Of a DNA stretch of 64,000 nt, positions 40,693 to 50,829 are shown piece by piece; the first letter of the stretch is position 1; each line of letters opens with the position of its first letter. This DNA is from a virus. Below the pieces are notes generated by a model that did not search any database, was not told where the DNA came from, and saw nothing but the letters and a program-made list of their open reading frames with translations. The position numbers were made by a program, and so were the translations under genes. The DNA lies in IMG/VR virus record IMGVR_UViG_3300028588_000016, positions 64,001-128,000 of that record; one strand, given 5' to 3'.

Positions 40693-41886
40693 CTAGTGGA
40701 GGTCGTCAATCGACGCTACCTTTTTCCCATTAGACTTTGATGTATTGGCTCTGACTGCGCTAACTTTGCCACTCGTAGTGGTCTTAGGTTTTGCTTCATC
40801 TTTACCTTTAGCATATGCGGCTTTAGTCCGCACATCGATTTGCTTAATGTAGTAGTCATGGATCATTGCAAAAGCTTCTTCGCCTTTCTCTGCAAACCAT
40901 GCTAATTTAAATAAAGAATCAGGTTGCTCTAACATCTTATGGAATTTACTAACTCCATTGATGTTTTTATTAAGTACCGTATCCAACACCAAGTTCTTAT
41001 CATCGTCGTTTATTGCTAAACCACCGATATCTTCAACCTTAACTGCAACTTCGATTAAGCTGTTAGATAAGTCTTGAAAAGCTTCAAGTTCTTTTTGTTG
41101 TGTAGCTACCTGCTCTTGTTCTTTACTTTGAATTTCAAGTTCAACATACTCTTTACGTAATCTGTCTACTTTCTTCTTGAATAATTCTTCGTACTGTAAT
41201 TCCTTTTCAAGTTCAATTTGCAATTCTTCTTCAGTCCAATCTTCATACTTTAACTGTAAGTCCATTAGGAATAACTCGTTGTCATCATAGTCATCAACCA
41301 TAAAGTTTTGACCGTTCTGTTCGCGTAGATATTCTTCAATAGCTTGACGTTTGGTATATTCTAAAACGTCTTCTAAAGTAGCATTGTTCTGTCTTAACAA
41401 CTCTATAGTTCCAAGCTCATCTTCTGTAAAGGTAGGCTCTTCAACTGTAGTGTCTGTTTTTAAGATTTCAACTTGATCTTCGTAAGGTAAGCTGTAGAAG
41501 TCAACTTCTACAACCTCGTCATTTTCGTCTAAATATTGTAAAGCTCTAGGATCTTGAATCCCTCTACTTTGTAATAGATCGTTAATGATTTTGCTTTCAA
41601 CGATTGAAGGTAGATCAGAGTCATTTCCGGTATTCTCAATTGGATTACCATCCTCGTCTACTTCATCATCGTCTCCGCTATATATAGAATCGCCTGGATC
41701 GTTTCCGATGTGAACGTACATGTCGTCTTCACTCTCGTTTACGAAACCTTCTTCGTCTATTAAATCTAAATCGTCTGGATCGCTTAACTCGTCTCCAATT
41801 AAATCATTTATACCTGATTCGTTTATCGACAAGTTATCCTCTTCTAGATCGTCTAGTAAGTCGTCGTGTGAGTATTCTTGTGCCAT
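40693..41886 (-). CDS. Putative capsid scaffolding protein (397 aa, highly acidic, coiled-coil)
   Basis: Asp/Glu-rich N-terminus and helical C-terminus. Directly upstream of MCP. Confidence 0.6.
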   Translation of the reverse strand: MAQEYSHDDLLDDLEEDNLSINESGINDLIGDELSDPDDLDLIDEEGFVNESEDDMYVHIGNDPGDSIYSGDDDEVDEDGNPIENTGNDSDLPSIVESKIINDLLQSRGIQDPRALQYLDENDEVVEVDFYSLPYEDQVEILKTDTTVEEPTFTEDELGTIELLRQNNATLEDVLEYTKRQAIEEYLREQNGQNFMVDDYDDNELFLMDLQLKYEDWTEEELQIELEKELQYEELFKKKVDRLRKEYVELEIQSKEQEQVATQQKELEAFQDLSNSLIEVAVKVEDIGGLAINDDDKNLVLDTVLNKNINGVSKFHKMLEQPDSLFKLAWFAEKGEEAFAMIHDYYIKQIDVRTKAAYAKGKDEAKPKTTTSGKVSAVRANTSKSNGKKVASIDDLH

Positions 41887-41910
41887 TATTTCATATTAGT
41901 CATTAATGTG

Positions 41911-41918
41911 CGAAGATA
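41911..41918 (-). promoter_or_regulatory. Bacteroidota-like -7 element (TATCTTCG) upstream of scaffold-MCP
   Basis: One mismatch to TAnnTTTG, 25 nt upstream of the scaffold ATG. No clear -33 element. Confidence 0.45.
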
Positions 41919-41960
41919 CTAAATTTAATTAGTAAGTCCTGCATATTAGGTGAATTATTT

Positions 41961-42260
41961 TTACAATAAACTTACAAGGTAATCCTCGAAGTCTAAGATA
42001 TCTTTGTGACCTTGTGGCCAAGCGTGCTCTTTTGCTAACTCAACTACAAACTTTAAATCTTCTTCAGTTAACTCAAAAGTCTCTGCATCTTTAGCTTTTT
42101 CAATTACTTCAAAGATACGCATATCTCTACGCATTTCAGTAGTTGTAATACCTTGTTTTAATGGACGATGCATAATAACCGCCACTAGATCTGCATACTT
42201 AGCCAAGACCGTTTCGTCTAATTTAAGGTTTGTTTCTTTGTTCTCAACAATTTTTGTCAT
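41961..42260 (-). CDS. Hypothetical protein (~99 aa)
   Basis: The track's longer start (42314) lies inside the promoter. The likely start is MTKIVENK at 42260. Confidence 0.6.
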   Translation of the reverse strand: MTKIVENKETNLKLDETVLAKYADLVAVIMHRPLKQGITTTEMRRDMRIFEVIEKAKDAETFELTEEDLKFVVELAKEHAWPQGHKDILDFEDYLVSLL

Positions 42261-42284
42261 ATTCGTTCTTATTAATTTAAGATG

Positions 42285-42315
42285 CAAATATAAGTAAAAA
42301 TTCTCGAAGGACAAA
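42285..42315 (-). promoter_or_regulatory. Consensus Bacteroidota promoter TTTG-N19-TATATTTG
   Basis: TTTG at 42315-42312, 19-nt spacer, TATATTTG(CA) at 42292-42285. Confidence 0.8.
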
Positions 42316-42335
42316 GAAACAACTCCTTATTAATT

Positions 42336-42701
42336 TTATTCAACTACTGTAACAATAGCGAAGAAGTCTTTAAGCTTCTCTGCTAGAGCAGCGTACATCA
42401 AGGTTAGACTTAATGTCTCAACTTGAACATACTGTATTGCTTGTGGAGCACCTGTAATTTGAATCGACTGCTCTCCTACTAAAAAGTCTTCATGCGATTT
42501 GTAAAAAATAATACCTAATTCTGTATTAGGATTTGCAGCTGCTGTGCTTACATTCTCAGGAACAAATTGCTCGTCTTCATCGCCGTAGACATCTATTGTT
42601 TGTCTAACACTGTTAATTTTTACTATTGGAGATTCTACTTTGAATCCACCAGTAACTTTTAAGTTAACTGGGTTTTGTGCATTACCTATTTGTATGTGCA
42701 T
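42336..42701 (-). CDS. Hypothetical protein (121 aa), fibre-associated by position
   Basis: ORF track. Confidence 0.55.
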   Translation of the reverse strand: MHIQIGNAQNPVNLKVTGGFKVESPIVKINSVRQTIDVYGDEDEQFVPENVSTAAANPNTELGIIFYKSHEDFLVGEQSIQITGAPQAIQYVQVETLSLTLMYAALAEKLKDFFAIVTVVE

Positions 42702-42721
42702 GATTTATTTTATTTAATGGT

Positions 42722-43627
42722 TTAAAATGTATAATTATAGCTACTATCTGATGATGGACTTACTGCAGTTATTAATACTGTAGAGAATGGACTACCTGTT
42801 GGCGTAGATGTAGAAACATTATTGTTTCCAACATTAATAGAAACCAATCCATTTCCTACTGCTCCGTTTTCATCTTGCCAATAAAAGTCTATATTAACAA
42901 CTGATGCAACAGGGCTTGAAGAATTAAAGTAAACATAATAACCATCGTTACTTACTGATATATTATTATTTGATAATTGGCATGAACCCATTTCAGCAAC
43001 ATACGTTTCTATAGTTCCACTTCCTATACCGCCGACATTACGGATAGCCGTTCTTAACCACACTCTAATTCCTGATGTATTAACGTATGAATAATATCCT
43101 GAATTAGTTATTCCACCAGCTTGAGAGCTGTAAATTGTATCTCCTATGTTTGGAACTCCGTTACTGTTTGCTACATATAAAGTACCAGTACTAAACGAAC
43201 TAGTACAAATAGCACTCATATTAAATGTTGGATCAGAATAATAGTATAATTGATTACTAGGAGATAACGAATAGTATTGAACACAAGCACTTACTGCAGC
43301 AATTTTACCACCGGTAGCTAATGTTAAAACCGTTCTAATTCCATTATTATCTATATAAGATAAGAAATTTCCATCAGTATTTATTCCCGGATATATAACT
43401 GCATAATAAGGATTATTAAAAAAGAATATAGTCCTTCCGGCAACTGCTAAACCATCTGGCTCCATTACATACAAAGGCCAATTATAACCAGTAGGTCTGC
43501 TGTCAATTAGTTGACAAGCGTCTCCCGGATTATCAGCACTAACCCAAGTTCTGGTATCTACTTGATTTAATGTAAAAAATGTCTTTGTTACAGGACATTT
43601 AACTGTTATTTTATCAAAATCTGCCAT
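42722..43627 (-). CDS. Hypothetical beta-rich structural protein (301 aa), possible fibre tip/adhesin
   Basis: ORF track. Ser/Asn/Tyr-rich. Downstream of the tail fibre. Confidence 0.5.
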   Translation of the reverse strand: MADFDKITVKCPVTKTFFTLNQVDTRTWVSADNPGDACQLIDSRPTGYNWPLYVMEPDGLAVAGRTIFFFNNPYYAVIYPGINTDGNFLSYIDNNGIRTVLTLATGGKIAAVSACVQYYSLSPSNQLYYYSDPTFNMSAICTSSFSTGTLYVANSNGVPNIGDTIYSSQAGGITNSGYYSYVNTSGIRVWLRTAIRNVGGIGSGTIETYVAEMGSCQLSNNNISVSNDGYYVYFNSSSPVASVVNIDFYWQDENGAVGNGLVSINVGNNNVSTSTPTGSPFSTVLITAVSPSSDSSYNYTF

Positions 43628-44133
43628 TATATTACTATTGATTTAGCTACTGTTATTTTAAGACTAGTCGATGTATTGTGCACATAGCTATAAATAATTT
43701 TAGTTGTGAATGTTTCTGTTGGTGCTGAACCAACATACTCATATACTAAACGACTGACATTTTGATACTCTGCGTAAATCCTAATATGTCTTTGATTATT
43801 TGTATAGGTTATATTACAATCTATTTCTATTATACCTGAAAGCGTTCCTATATCGACAGTTTCACTATATTGATCCAATCCTGAATTATATTGAAATTCA
43901 GTTCCACATGCTATATTTAAAATAGCTTGAATTAAAGCTTTCGTAATCCAATTTGTACCACCTCCGCCAATAGGTACTATTCTTAACTTAGTGTTGGCTT
44001 CGTTAGTTGTAATCCAGTTATTATTTGTAGTAACAGACTGACCAGCATTTAGCTGAATCAGTCCGTTATTTATTGCATCTTGGATTTCTGCATTAGTTAT
44101 CCAATCATTTGGACCTCGATCATTATATCCCAT
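43627..44133 (-). CDS. Hypothetical protein (168 aa) with three N-x-W-I-T repeats
   Basis: ORF track. PNDWITN, NNNWITT, GTNWITK. Confidence 0.5.
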   Translation of the reverse strand: MGYNDRGPNDWITNAEIQDAINNGLIQLNAGQSVTTNNNWITTNEANTKLRIVPIGGGGTNWITKALIQAILNIACGTEFQYNSGLDQYSETVDIGTLSGIIEIDCNITYTNNQRHIRIYAEYQNVSRLVYEYVGSAPTETFTTKIIYSYVHNTSTSLKITVAKSIVI

Positions 44134-47100
44134 TTTCTAATTCTGTTACTCTTTCTTTTAAACGTTTAACTTCCAAAGTTAACAATTCTACTTGATTTAA
44201 GGCTAACTTTTCAGGGTTTTCTTTAAACACCAAATCAGGACACCAACTATCAATTTCTTGTGCTGAATATCCATAATGAACTTTAGTATCAAGTCCGTTC
44301 TTCCAAGTAAAAGCAATTGTTCTATCCTTATCTAACCAAGTTAAATCTAAGTTATTATTAACTAGATTTTTATACCTAATGTCTGATGTGCCGCCACCGC
44401 CACTAGCAGTAACATATCCGCTAAATTGTGCATTACCTTGTGTACTTACATAAAATCTTGGATTATTTCTATCACCAAAATGGAAACCTATTGCATCGTT
44501 ACCACCCACTGGTGACCAAGCTTGATAGTAACCTATACCAAATTCTACAGCATTAGCTAGTCTCCAAATGTTATTATGACCCTGCGCATATTCGTTATTA
44601 CTGAAACCTCCATTAGTACCTGTACCTGCTGAAATACCTGCTCTAGTCCAAATACCATTACCAATTGCAGTTTGTGTTACACCTGCTTCTGTAATCAACA
44701 TTTGGTGTCCTAAACCTGCTTTTGATTGACCACCTACATTTGTATGTGTCCAAACAATACCGTAGCTATTAGCTAACGATGTACCATCGGCAGCAGGTCT
44801 GTAACTAGCACCCATTGAAAAAACAGATTGATAACGAGATGCATCGTAGAGACCTACTAAACCAAGACCATAGTCATTTACGTTATAGTTTCCACCCATT
44901 GTCTGATATTCAACTGCTCTAACTTGTGCATCAACCCAAAAAGGTTTACTTCCATAAACCCTTACCCAAGTAGTGTCACTCATATAAACACCACCACCGT
45001 AAGTATCATTAATCCAACCCGATGAACCACCACTTCTAAACCAGTTGCTACAGCTTACTGAACCATTAACACCACTATCATATCCTGTAAAGATTCTACC
45101 GCCACCGACTAATATTGTACCTTCTACTTGAGATGCTCTGAATTTTTCATGTGCAGTTCCCGGATTATTAGTAATTTCAATAGTCCCATCGGTTGCTATA
45201 GTTATACTAGATGCCACTACACCTTGCATATGGAAACCTAATCTTGGTCTAATTGCACCATCCCCTAATAATTCTACTGTAGCTTGATCATATTGATTAC
45301 CTGTACCACCGCCAATTCTCCATCGTGAACTTGATAAAAACCCTACTGATGTAGCAGCTAATGAGTGATATGCAGCACCATCCCACCAATTTTCTCTCCA
45401 CGATAAAGCAGCACCATCAGATAATCTGCTAATATATTTATGGTAAATATCTGACCTCTGATTTTGAACAGCGGTATAGTATGGAGCATCTGCACTTACT
45501 TGTTGTAAAGAAGCACCGTTATGTAACGTAATAGTTCTATATAGATTACTATTCCTTGCTGCAACTGTGTCTAATGTTTCAGCACTTGCACTACCTCTGA
45601 TGTTCATTGGAACACTGTTCCCAAAATCAGAATTATCTACTTTAAAAGTTACGTTACTACCATCCCAACCCCAATTAATTCCGTTAGTGCCATTATAACT
45701 CTTAAGTCTTTCAGCAACAACTGATTGCTCAGAATATCTTGAACTATCCACTCTTACAGCATATGTTGCTACCCCATTCCAACCCATTAAATTTGGAAGT
45801 GCTGCACTCCAAGTGTGTTGTGGATTAGTCCTATCTATTGCAGTACCATTTGGTGCAGTACCGTTTGATGCATCAAAAATTACGTGATCATTTCCATAAT
45901 TTTTCCAACGCAACATTCTGGAAACATTAATGTCTTGAGTTGAATCGGTCATAGGGTTGTTTATGTCGGCTCCGGTTAAAGTACTTCTATATGCTAAAGA
46001 ACCTAAACCTAAATCACTTTTTACTTGATTGGTATCACCGCTATGATATAAATTAAACCAAGGATTCCAAGCTGTTGCATCACCATTTTTTAAACGCATA
46101 GCTAATCTACGACCATCACCGTATTGACCATTTAATTGTAAGCCGTAACCTTGTGCACCAAAGTGACCTAAATAACCATTGTAAGGTGCATTAACTGCAT
46201 AGGTAAAGTTGGAAGTATGTTCTGGTACTGTATTAGCATCTGCTGTAAATGTGTTATATCTATGATATAATAAATAATTTTCAGATGCCATTGATGTTAA
46301 ACCTAAAAATGATTTAACTGTGGCTGCACTACTTCTTCTTAAATAACCATCACCTGCTGTTGTTACTATATCACTAACACCAATAGCATCCACAGCAGGG
46401 CCTGTCATTTTATAGTAAACTGCATTTAGATTACCACCGCTATCTCTTTGTGCAAGTGTCCAAGGGGTTTCACTTGTACTCGGTACTTCACTTCTATATG
46501 CTAGTGAACCTAATATATTATCAGTCACAATAGTTTGCCAGCTACCTATACCACCATCACCATTTGTACGTACGGATACTCTAGCGTTTGCGTTGGGTGG
46601 TGCACTGAATTGTGTTGTGTAAACATCAACACCATAAGATAAAAAGGGACCGTAATCGTTACCACCGCTTGGTACATTACTACCTGCGAATAGTTTACCA
46701 CCACCATTTATATTTTGAGTGTTAGCATCATAACCAGCGTTACCTATGATCTTCATATAAGCACCGGAATTATAATCACCCAACCCTAAATCAGATTTAA
46801 TTTCTGCTGTGTTAGCTGAAGTGTAAATGCTATACCAACTATTCCAAGTAGTTTCAATACCATTTCTTACTCTTAATTGAGGTACACCAGTTGCATTAAG
46901 GAAAGCAGAACCAAAAGCTAATTGGTATGATGCATCACCTGTACTTGCTATTGTACCAGTCCAAGGTGAAAAGGTCATCACACCTCCGTAATTACCACCT
47001 GAATTTATTAGGTTAGCGTTAACAAAATCAAATCTTACCCTGTTAGGGTTCGCACTTGGATGAATATCGTTTGGAACTCTACTACCGTCAGGTGAAATTA

Positions 47101-50100
47101 CATAATTAGAAAATGATGCACCACCTGTTGTAAAACTTGCTATGTTATCTCCGTTGTTAATATATGCTAAACTACCTAAACCCAACCAAGCTTGTACAGC
47201 ACCACTCGCTGCTGGTTGCCACCTGTTGCTTGGTGAATAAGCCATTAAGAATGAATTAACAGTTGGTGTACCTTCACCATGATAATTTTGACCATTCCAT
47301 GCAACTGAATTAGCTACATTAAAATTAGATGGGTTGTAAACGTACATATCTTCTGCTGTACTACTTCCCCATAACCATTGAGGTTGCCCACTTTGACCAT
47401 TCCAATGAAAACGCATTCCTGTCGAATCATTGTTAACTATATTAACACGTTCAGCAGTACCTGTGATATTTATTCCCCAAGTACCACTAGCGTTTTCACC
47501 ACCACTTCTTGCTAACGTTACAACTGAATTACTTGTTGTATGACGCATATAAGGCGCATCAATGCTGTTACCTGCAAATCCAGCATAAGTTGCACCATCA
47601 GCTATTAGCCATCTTGTATCACCTTGAGCAAATGTTATCCAGTTACCATAGTTACCTAAGTCATTAGTAAATTGACTTAAGTTTGTAGGACGATCTGTTA
47701 TTTGTGCCCAAGTATGTGTATGCCCTAGTAAAGAATATCTTGTATCTGCAAAAGTTTGTACTCTTGCATTTGTGAAATATAAGTTACCAAATTCTGTAAC
47801 TTGAGATGTAGTGTAATCACCCGCAGCTGAACTAACCGGGCCAGTTCTTCCGTTAAACGAAGTTACTGCTCCACCTGTTCCTGCTCCGGGAGTGGATGTA
47901 ATAATTACTTTATTAGTGGCAGGATCATAACTGATAGATGTATCACCTGTACCTTCAAACCTTAATAAGTTTTGATTATATAAATTGAACTGTGGAACTC
48001 CTGCACTGTTTGCAATTCCAATATGAACATCTGCAAGTTCTTCTGGAGTTACGTAGTTTAAGTCATCAATAAACTGACTAAGATTAGTAGGTCTATTAGT
48101 AATCTCTGCCCATAAATGAGTATGACCTAACTTAGAGTAAAGAGTATCTGCATACAATTTTACTCTCGCATTTGTATAATATAAGTTAGATCCCTCGGGT
48201 ATCTCTGAAGTAGAAATAGCTCTAGTAGTCCAATTAGTTAAGTGACCGTATTGATCAACCAACAAATTACTTATGAAACTATTACCTGTTAAAGCAGTTT
48301 TGCTAGTCCAAGTACCTACGTTATGTTTGATGTTTATGTTGTTTGCGAAGAGGTTACCTCCACCATTTAAACCATCTGATCCTGTTATATTTCTTGACTT
48401 AATTGTCTCTAAGTCTTTAATCCATAGTACACCGTTTTCGTAATCTAACTCTGTACCTAAGATCATCTTAGTTCCTACATAATTACCTTTAATGTAAGCA
48501 TTATCGGAATAGAAACCCTTTTCTAAATTATCTTCAACTAATCCTAAGTCTTCGTCAACAATGTCAGAAAGATCTCCTACACGCAACCTAAGTTGATCTG
48601 TTTGAGTTTTTAAACCTGTTTCGATTAACTCTTCATCAAAATATATATTGTCTATAAACTCATTAAAAGAGGTTATATTTGAAGACATTTCTATAAACGG
48701 ACTGTTAGAATCAGCACCGTTTAGTTGAATTAAACATTCTTCATCGAATCTGTTACCTAATTTAATAAGTTTAGTTTCTGAGTTTAGACCACTGTCGTAA
48801 GCATAAACATATACACTATTACCAGACTTTTTAATTACTTCTACGTAGCTAGTTTTGGTAACATTCTTATCTTCGTCCCAATAGCGATAGAAGTATAAAT
48901 CACCTAGTTTAACTGAACTGTGATCTGTATTTAGATTAACTTGATATAAGTTGATCGAAAAAGCTTCTACTAAATTACCATTGGTTACAGGTATGAAACT
49001 GTTAGTTCCTGCATCGTAATTATATTCTCCTGTAGGAGTGAATAAGTTACCATTACTGTTTTTATTTAACAGAGAGTAACCAACTGAATTACCAGTAGAA
49101 TCCTTGTCACCTATACCAAAAGCTAAGTCTATGAGATTTAAAGTCTTAACTTCATCTACGTCTTCTTCATCTATAATAGCAGGATTAATCCTTACTACGT
49201 TAGCATAGTGAGAACGATCTTTAAGTTTAAATTCTACACCATTTGATGAGTAACGACCTACTTTAGTTTTATCTAAATATACACCGAAACTTTCTACTAA
49301 AAATGCAGTTAATACGATAGTGCTGAAATTTAAAATTAAAGAACCATCTACTGCATTAGACTTATAAGTAATAGAAGTGTCTGCGTTATTTCTAACAATT
49401 AAATTGTCGACTTCTAGTGTCCAATCATTGTTATAGTTTTTAGTTAAGGCGTAACCTTGTCCACTTAAACCAGATACGAAATCTTTAGATTTAAGTTCTT
49501 TATTAATGTAAACAGTATCTACAAAATTAGAAGTACCACTTACATTAAAGTTATATGCGTAATCAATTGCTCCAACTCCTACGTTGTTAGCTCCTATCGA
49601 TAAAGGATTCTGATATACTTGTGAACTACCACCTGTAATAAATCTAATAACTCCACCGTTAGGATCTTGCGACGATATGTAACTTTCATTACCGTTATTC
49701 CACATAGCAAGACCTTTTGTAAAGTCTTTACCTAAGTAGTAGCCTTTGAATTTACTTTCATTAGGTGGCAAGTAATTTGATAGGTAATCACCTTTAATTT
49801 GAATGTATCCGCTAGTAGTTGAATCTACGATTATAGAACCTGTTACAGTACCGCCTTGTTTAGCTAGATAAAGTTCTTTCCAATTTAAAGGATCTGACGG
49901 ATCACCGCTTTCATAAGCATAGTGTTTCTTATCTTCAATTGAAAATATTAATTGACCTTCGTATACATTAGATAAGTCAAATAATGTAACATCGTTTAGA
50001 GTAGGTATTAAATAACCACTGTTCAATAAAACAGTACGTTTTTCTGTACCTTCTAGTTCTTGAGTTTCATTATAAGCTAAATAAAGTTTACCATCTCCTC

Positions 50101-50458
50101 CCTCATCATCTTCTTGTGCTTGGTTTATCTTTATGTAAGAATTACCATAAGTTATATAGAAAGATTTGTCGTCATTAACATAAACTAGAATACCCTCTCC
50201 AGGATAAGCTAAGGCAGCTAAATCAGAGTTAGTTGCCAATACAATTACAGATCCTGTTATTGTAGAGCTTGAACCGGCTAGGGTAAGAGGAATGTCGTAA
50301 AATTTATTACCTACTTGTACTTTGATACCACCTTGAGTACGAAGTATTAAATCTCTTTCAGCGTTACCAAGAACGGTTTGCTGTTTACCGGCGATAAGTC
50401 CCAGTTCTGCAACTGGGACATTAACGTCGTTTTTATCTTGTATGAATAATCTTTCCAT
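44123..50458 (-). CDS. Long tail fibre protein (2111 aa) with C-terminal Peptidase S74-type intramolecular chaperone
   Basis: Gly/Asn/Trp-rich repeats. C-terminal SDIRYKN...HYGYSAQE...ELLTLEVKRLKERVTELE pattern of autocleaving chaperones. Confidence 0.8.
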   Translation of the reverse strand: MERLFIQDKNDVNVPVAELGLIAGKQQTVLGNAERDLILRTQGGIKVQVGNKFYDIPLTLAGSSSTITGSVIVLATNSDLAALAYPGEGILVYVNDDKSFYITYGNSYIKINQAQEDDEGGDGKLYLAYNETQELEGTEKRTVLLNSGYLIPTLNDVTLFDLSNVYEGQLIFSIEDKKHYAYESGDPSDPLNWKELYLAKQGGTVTGSIIVDSTTSGYIQIKGDYLSNYLPPNESKFKGYYLGKDFTKGLAMWNNGNESYISSQDPNGGVIRFITGGSSQVYQNPLSIGANNVGVGAIDYAYNFNVSGTSNFVDTVYINKELKSKDFVSGLSGQGYALTKNYNNDWTLEVDNLIVRNNADTSITYKSNAVDGSLILNFSTIVLTAFLVESFGVYLDKTKVGRYSSNGVEFKLKDRSHYANVVRINPAIIDEEDVDEVKTLNLIDLAFGIGDKDSTGNSVGYSLLNKNSNGNLFTPTGEYNYDAGTNSFIPVTNGNLVEAFSINLYQVNLNTDHSSVKLGDLYFYRYWDEDKNVTKTSYVEVIKKSGNSVYVYAYDSGLNSETKLIKLGNRFDEECLIQLNGADSNSPFIEMSSNITSFNEFIDNIYFDEELIETGLKTQTDQLRLRVGDLSDIVDEDLGLVEDNLEKGFYSDNAYIKGNYVGTKMILGTELDYENGVLWIKDLETIKSRNITGSDGLNGGGNLFANNINIKHNVGTWTSKTALTGNSFISNLLVDQYGHLTNWTTRAISTSEIPEGSNLYYTNARVKLYADTLYSKLGHTHLWAEITNRPTNLSQFIDDLNYVTPEELADVHIGIANSAGVPQFNLYNQNLLRFEGTGDTSISYDPATNKVIITSTPGAGTGGAVTSFNGRTGPVSSAAGDYTTSQVTEFGNLYFTNARVQTFADTRYSLLGHTHTWAQITDRPTNLSQFTNDLGNYGNWITFAQGDTRWLIADGATYAGFAGNSIDAPYMRHTTSNSVVTLARSGGENASGTWGINITGTAERVNIVNNDSTGMRFHWNGQSGQPQWLWGSSTAEDMYVYNPSNFNVANSVAWNGQNYHGEGTPTVNSFLMAYSPSNRWQPAASGAVQAWLGLGSLAYINNGDNIASFTTGGASFSNYVISPDGSRVPNDIHPSANPNRVRFDFVNANLINSGGNYGGVMTFSPWTGTIASTGDASYQLAFGSAFLNATGVPQLRVRNGIETTWNSWYSIYTSANTAEIKSDLGLGDYNSGAYMKIIGNAGYDANTQNINGGGKLFAGSNVPSGGNDYGPFLSYGVDVYTTQFSAPPNANARVSVRTNGDGGIGSWQTIVTDNILGSLAYRSEVPSTSETPWTLAQRDSGGNLNAVYYKMTGPAVDAIGVSDIVTTAGDGYLRRSSAATVKSFLGLTSMASENYLLYHRYNTFTADANTVPEHTSNFTYAVNAPYNGYLGHFGAQGYGLQLNGQYGDGRRLAMRLKNGDATAWNPWFNLYHSGDTNQVKSDLGLGSLAYRSTLTGADINNPMTDSTQDINVSRMLRWKNYGNDHVIFDASNGTAPNGTAIDRTNPQHTWSAALPNLMGWNGVATYAVRVDSSRYSEQSVVAERLKSYNGTNGINWGWDGSNVTFKVDNSDFGNSVPMNIRGSASAETLDTVAARNSNLYRTITLHNGASLQQVSADAPYYTAVQNQRSDIYHKYISRLSDGAALSWRENWWDGAAYHSLAATSVGFLSSSRWRIGGGTGNQYDQATVELLGDGAIRPRLGFHMQGVVASSITIATDGTIEITNNPGTAHEKFRASQVEGTILVGGGRIFTGYDSGVNGSVSCSNWFRSGGSSGWINDTYGGGVYMSDTTWVRVYGSKPFWVDAQVRAVEYQTMGGNYNVNDYGLGLVGLYDASRYQSVFSMGASYRPAADGTSLANSYGIVWTHTNVGGQSKAGLGHQMLITEAGVTQTAIGNGIWTRAGISAGTGTNGGFSNNEYAQGHNNIWRLANAVEFGIGYYQAWSPVGGNDAIGFHFGDRNNPRFYVSTQGNAQFSGYVTASGGGGTSDIRYKNLVNNNLDLTWLDKDRTIAFTWKNGLDTKVHYGYSAQEIDSWCPDLVFKENPEKLALNQVELLTLEVKRLKERVTELENGI
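47655..48190 (-). repeat. Duplicated ~45-aa fibre module (two copies, ~48060-48190 and ~47655-47790)
   Basis: NLYYTNARVKLYADTLYSKLGHTHLWAEITNRPTNLSQFIDDL versus NLYFTNARVQTFADTRYSLLGHTHTWAQITDRPTNLSQFTNDL. Confidence 0.85.
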
Positions 50459-50467
50459 TTATGGTAA

Positions 50468-50773
50468 TTATACTGTTGTTATATCTTTATCTGCATTCTT
50501 TGTTAGCAATAAGTCTTCTGACTTTTCTGCTAATACTGTATCTACCGTTGCAAACCTAGATACTAACGCTACAGCTGCTGACATTGCTGCAACATACTTA
50601 GCGATGAATTTATAATCTTCTGGAATGATTGCATCGTTCTCTGCTAAGAAAGTAGAGATACCAGCTAATACAACACCGATCATTGATAAACGTCTCCAAT
50701 ATCTAGGTGTCTCACTTTTAATCCTTTGCCAAGTAACGACAAAGTAATTTTTAATCATATTTAGTATTTCCAT
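50468..50773 (-). CDS. Putative holin (~101 aa, two transmembrane segments)
   Basis: LSMIGVVLAGISTFL and FIAKYVAAMSAAVALVS hydrophobic helices, charged C-terminus, adjacent to the endolysin. Start moved to MEILNM (50773) because a promoter lies in the track's longer N-terminus. Confidence 0.65.
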   Translation of the reverse strand: MEILNMIKNYFVVTWQRIKSETPRYWRRLSMIGVVLAGISTFLAENDAIIPEDYKFIAKYVAAMSAAVALVSRFATVDTVLAEKSEDLLLTKNADKDITTV

Positions 50774-50790
50774 GTTTCTATTATTTATTA

Positions 50791-50821
50791 CAAATATAGC
50801 TACAAAATGTCTTATTTCAAA
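50791..50821 (-). promoter_or_regulatory. Consensus Bacteroidota promoter TTTG-N19-TATATTTG
   Basis: TTTG at 50821-50818, 19-nt spacer, TATATTTG at 50798-50791. Confidence 0.8.
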
Positions 50822-50829
50822 ATACTTTA

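Noticed and set aside
40648-40695. Scaffold TAG is in frame with the MCP ATG (possible read-through fusion)
   Set aside because: A TAA lies immediately before the MCP ATG, so read-through would add only 15 residues and give no fusion.
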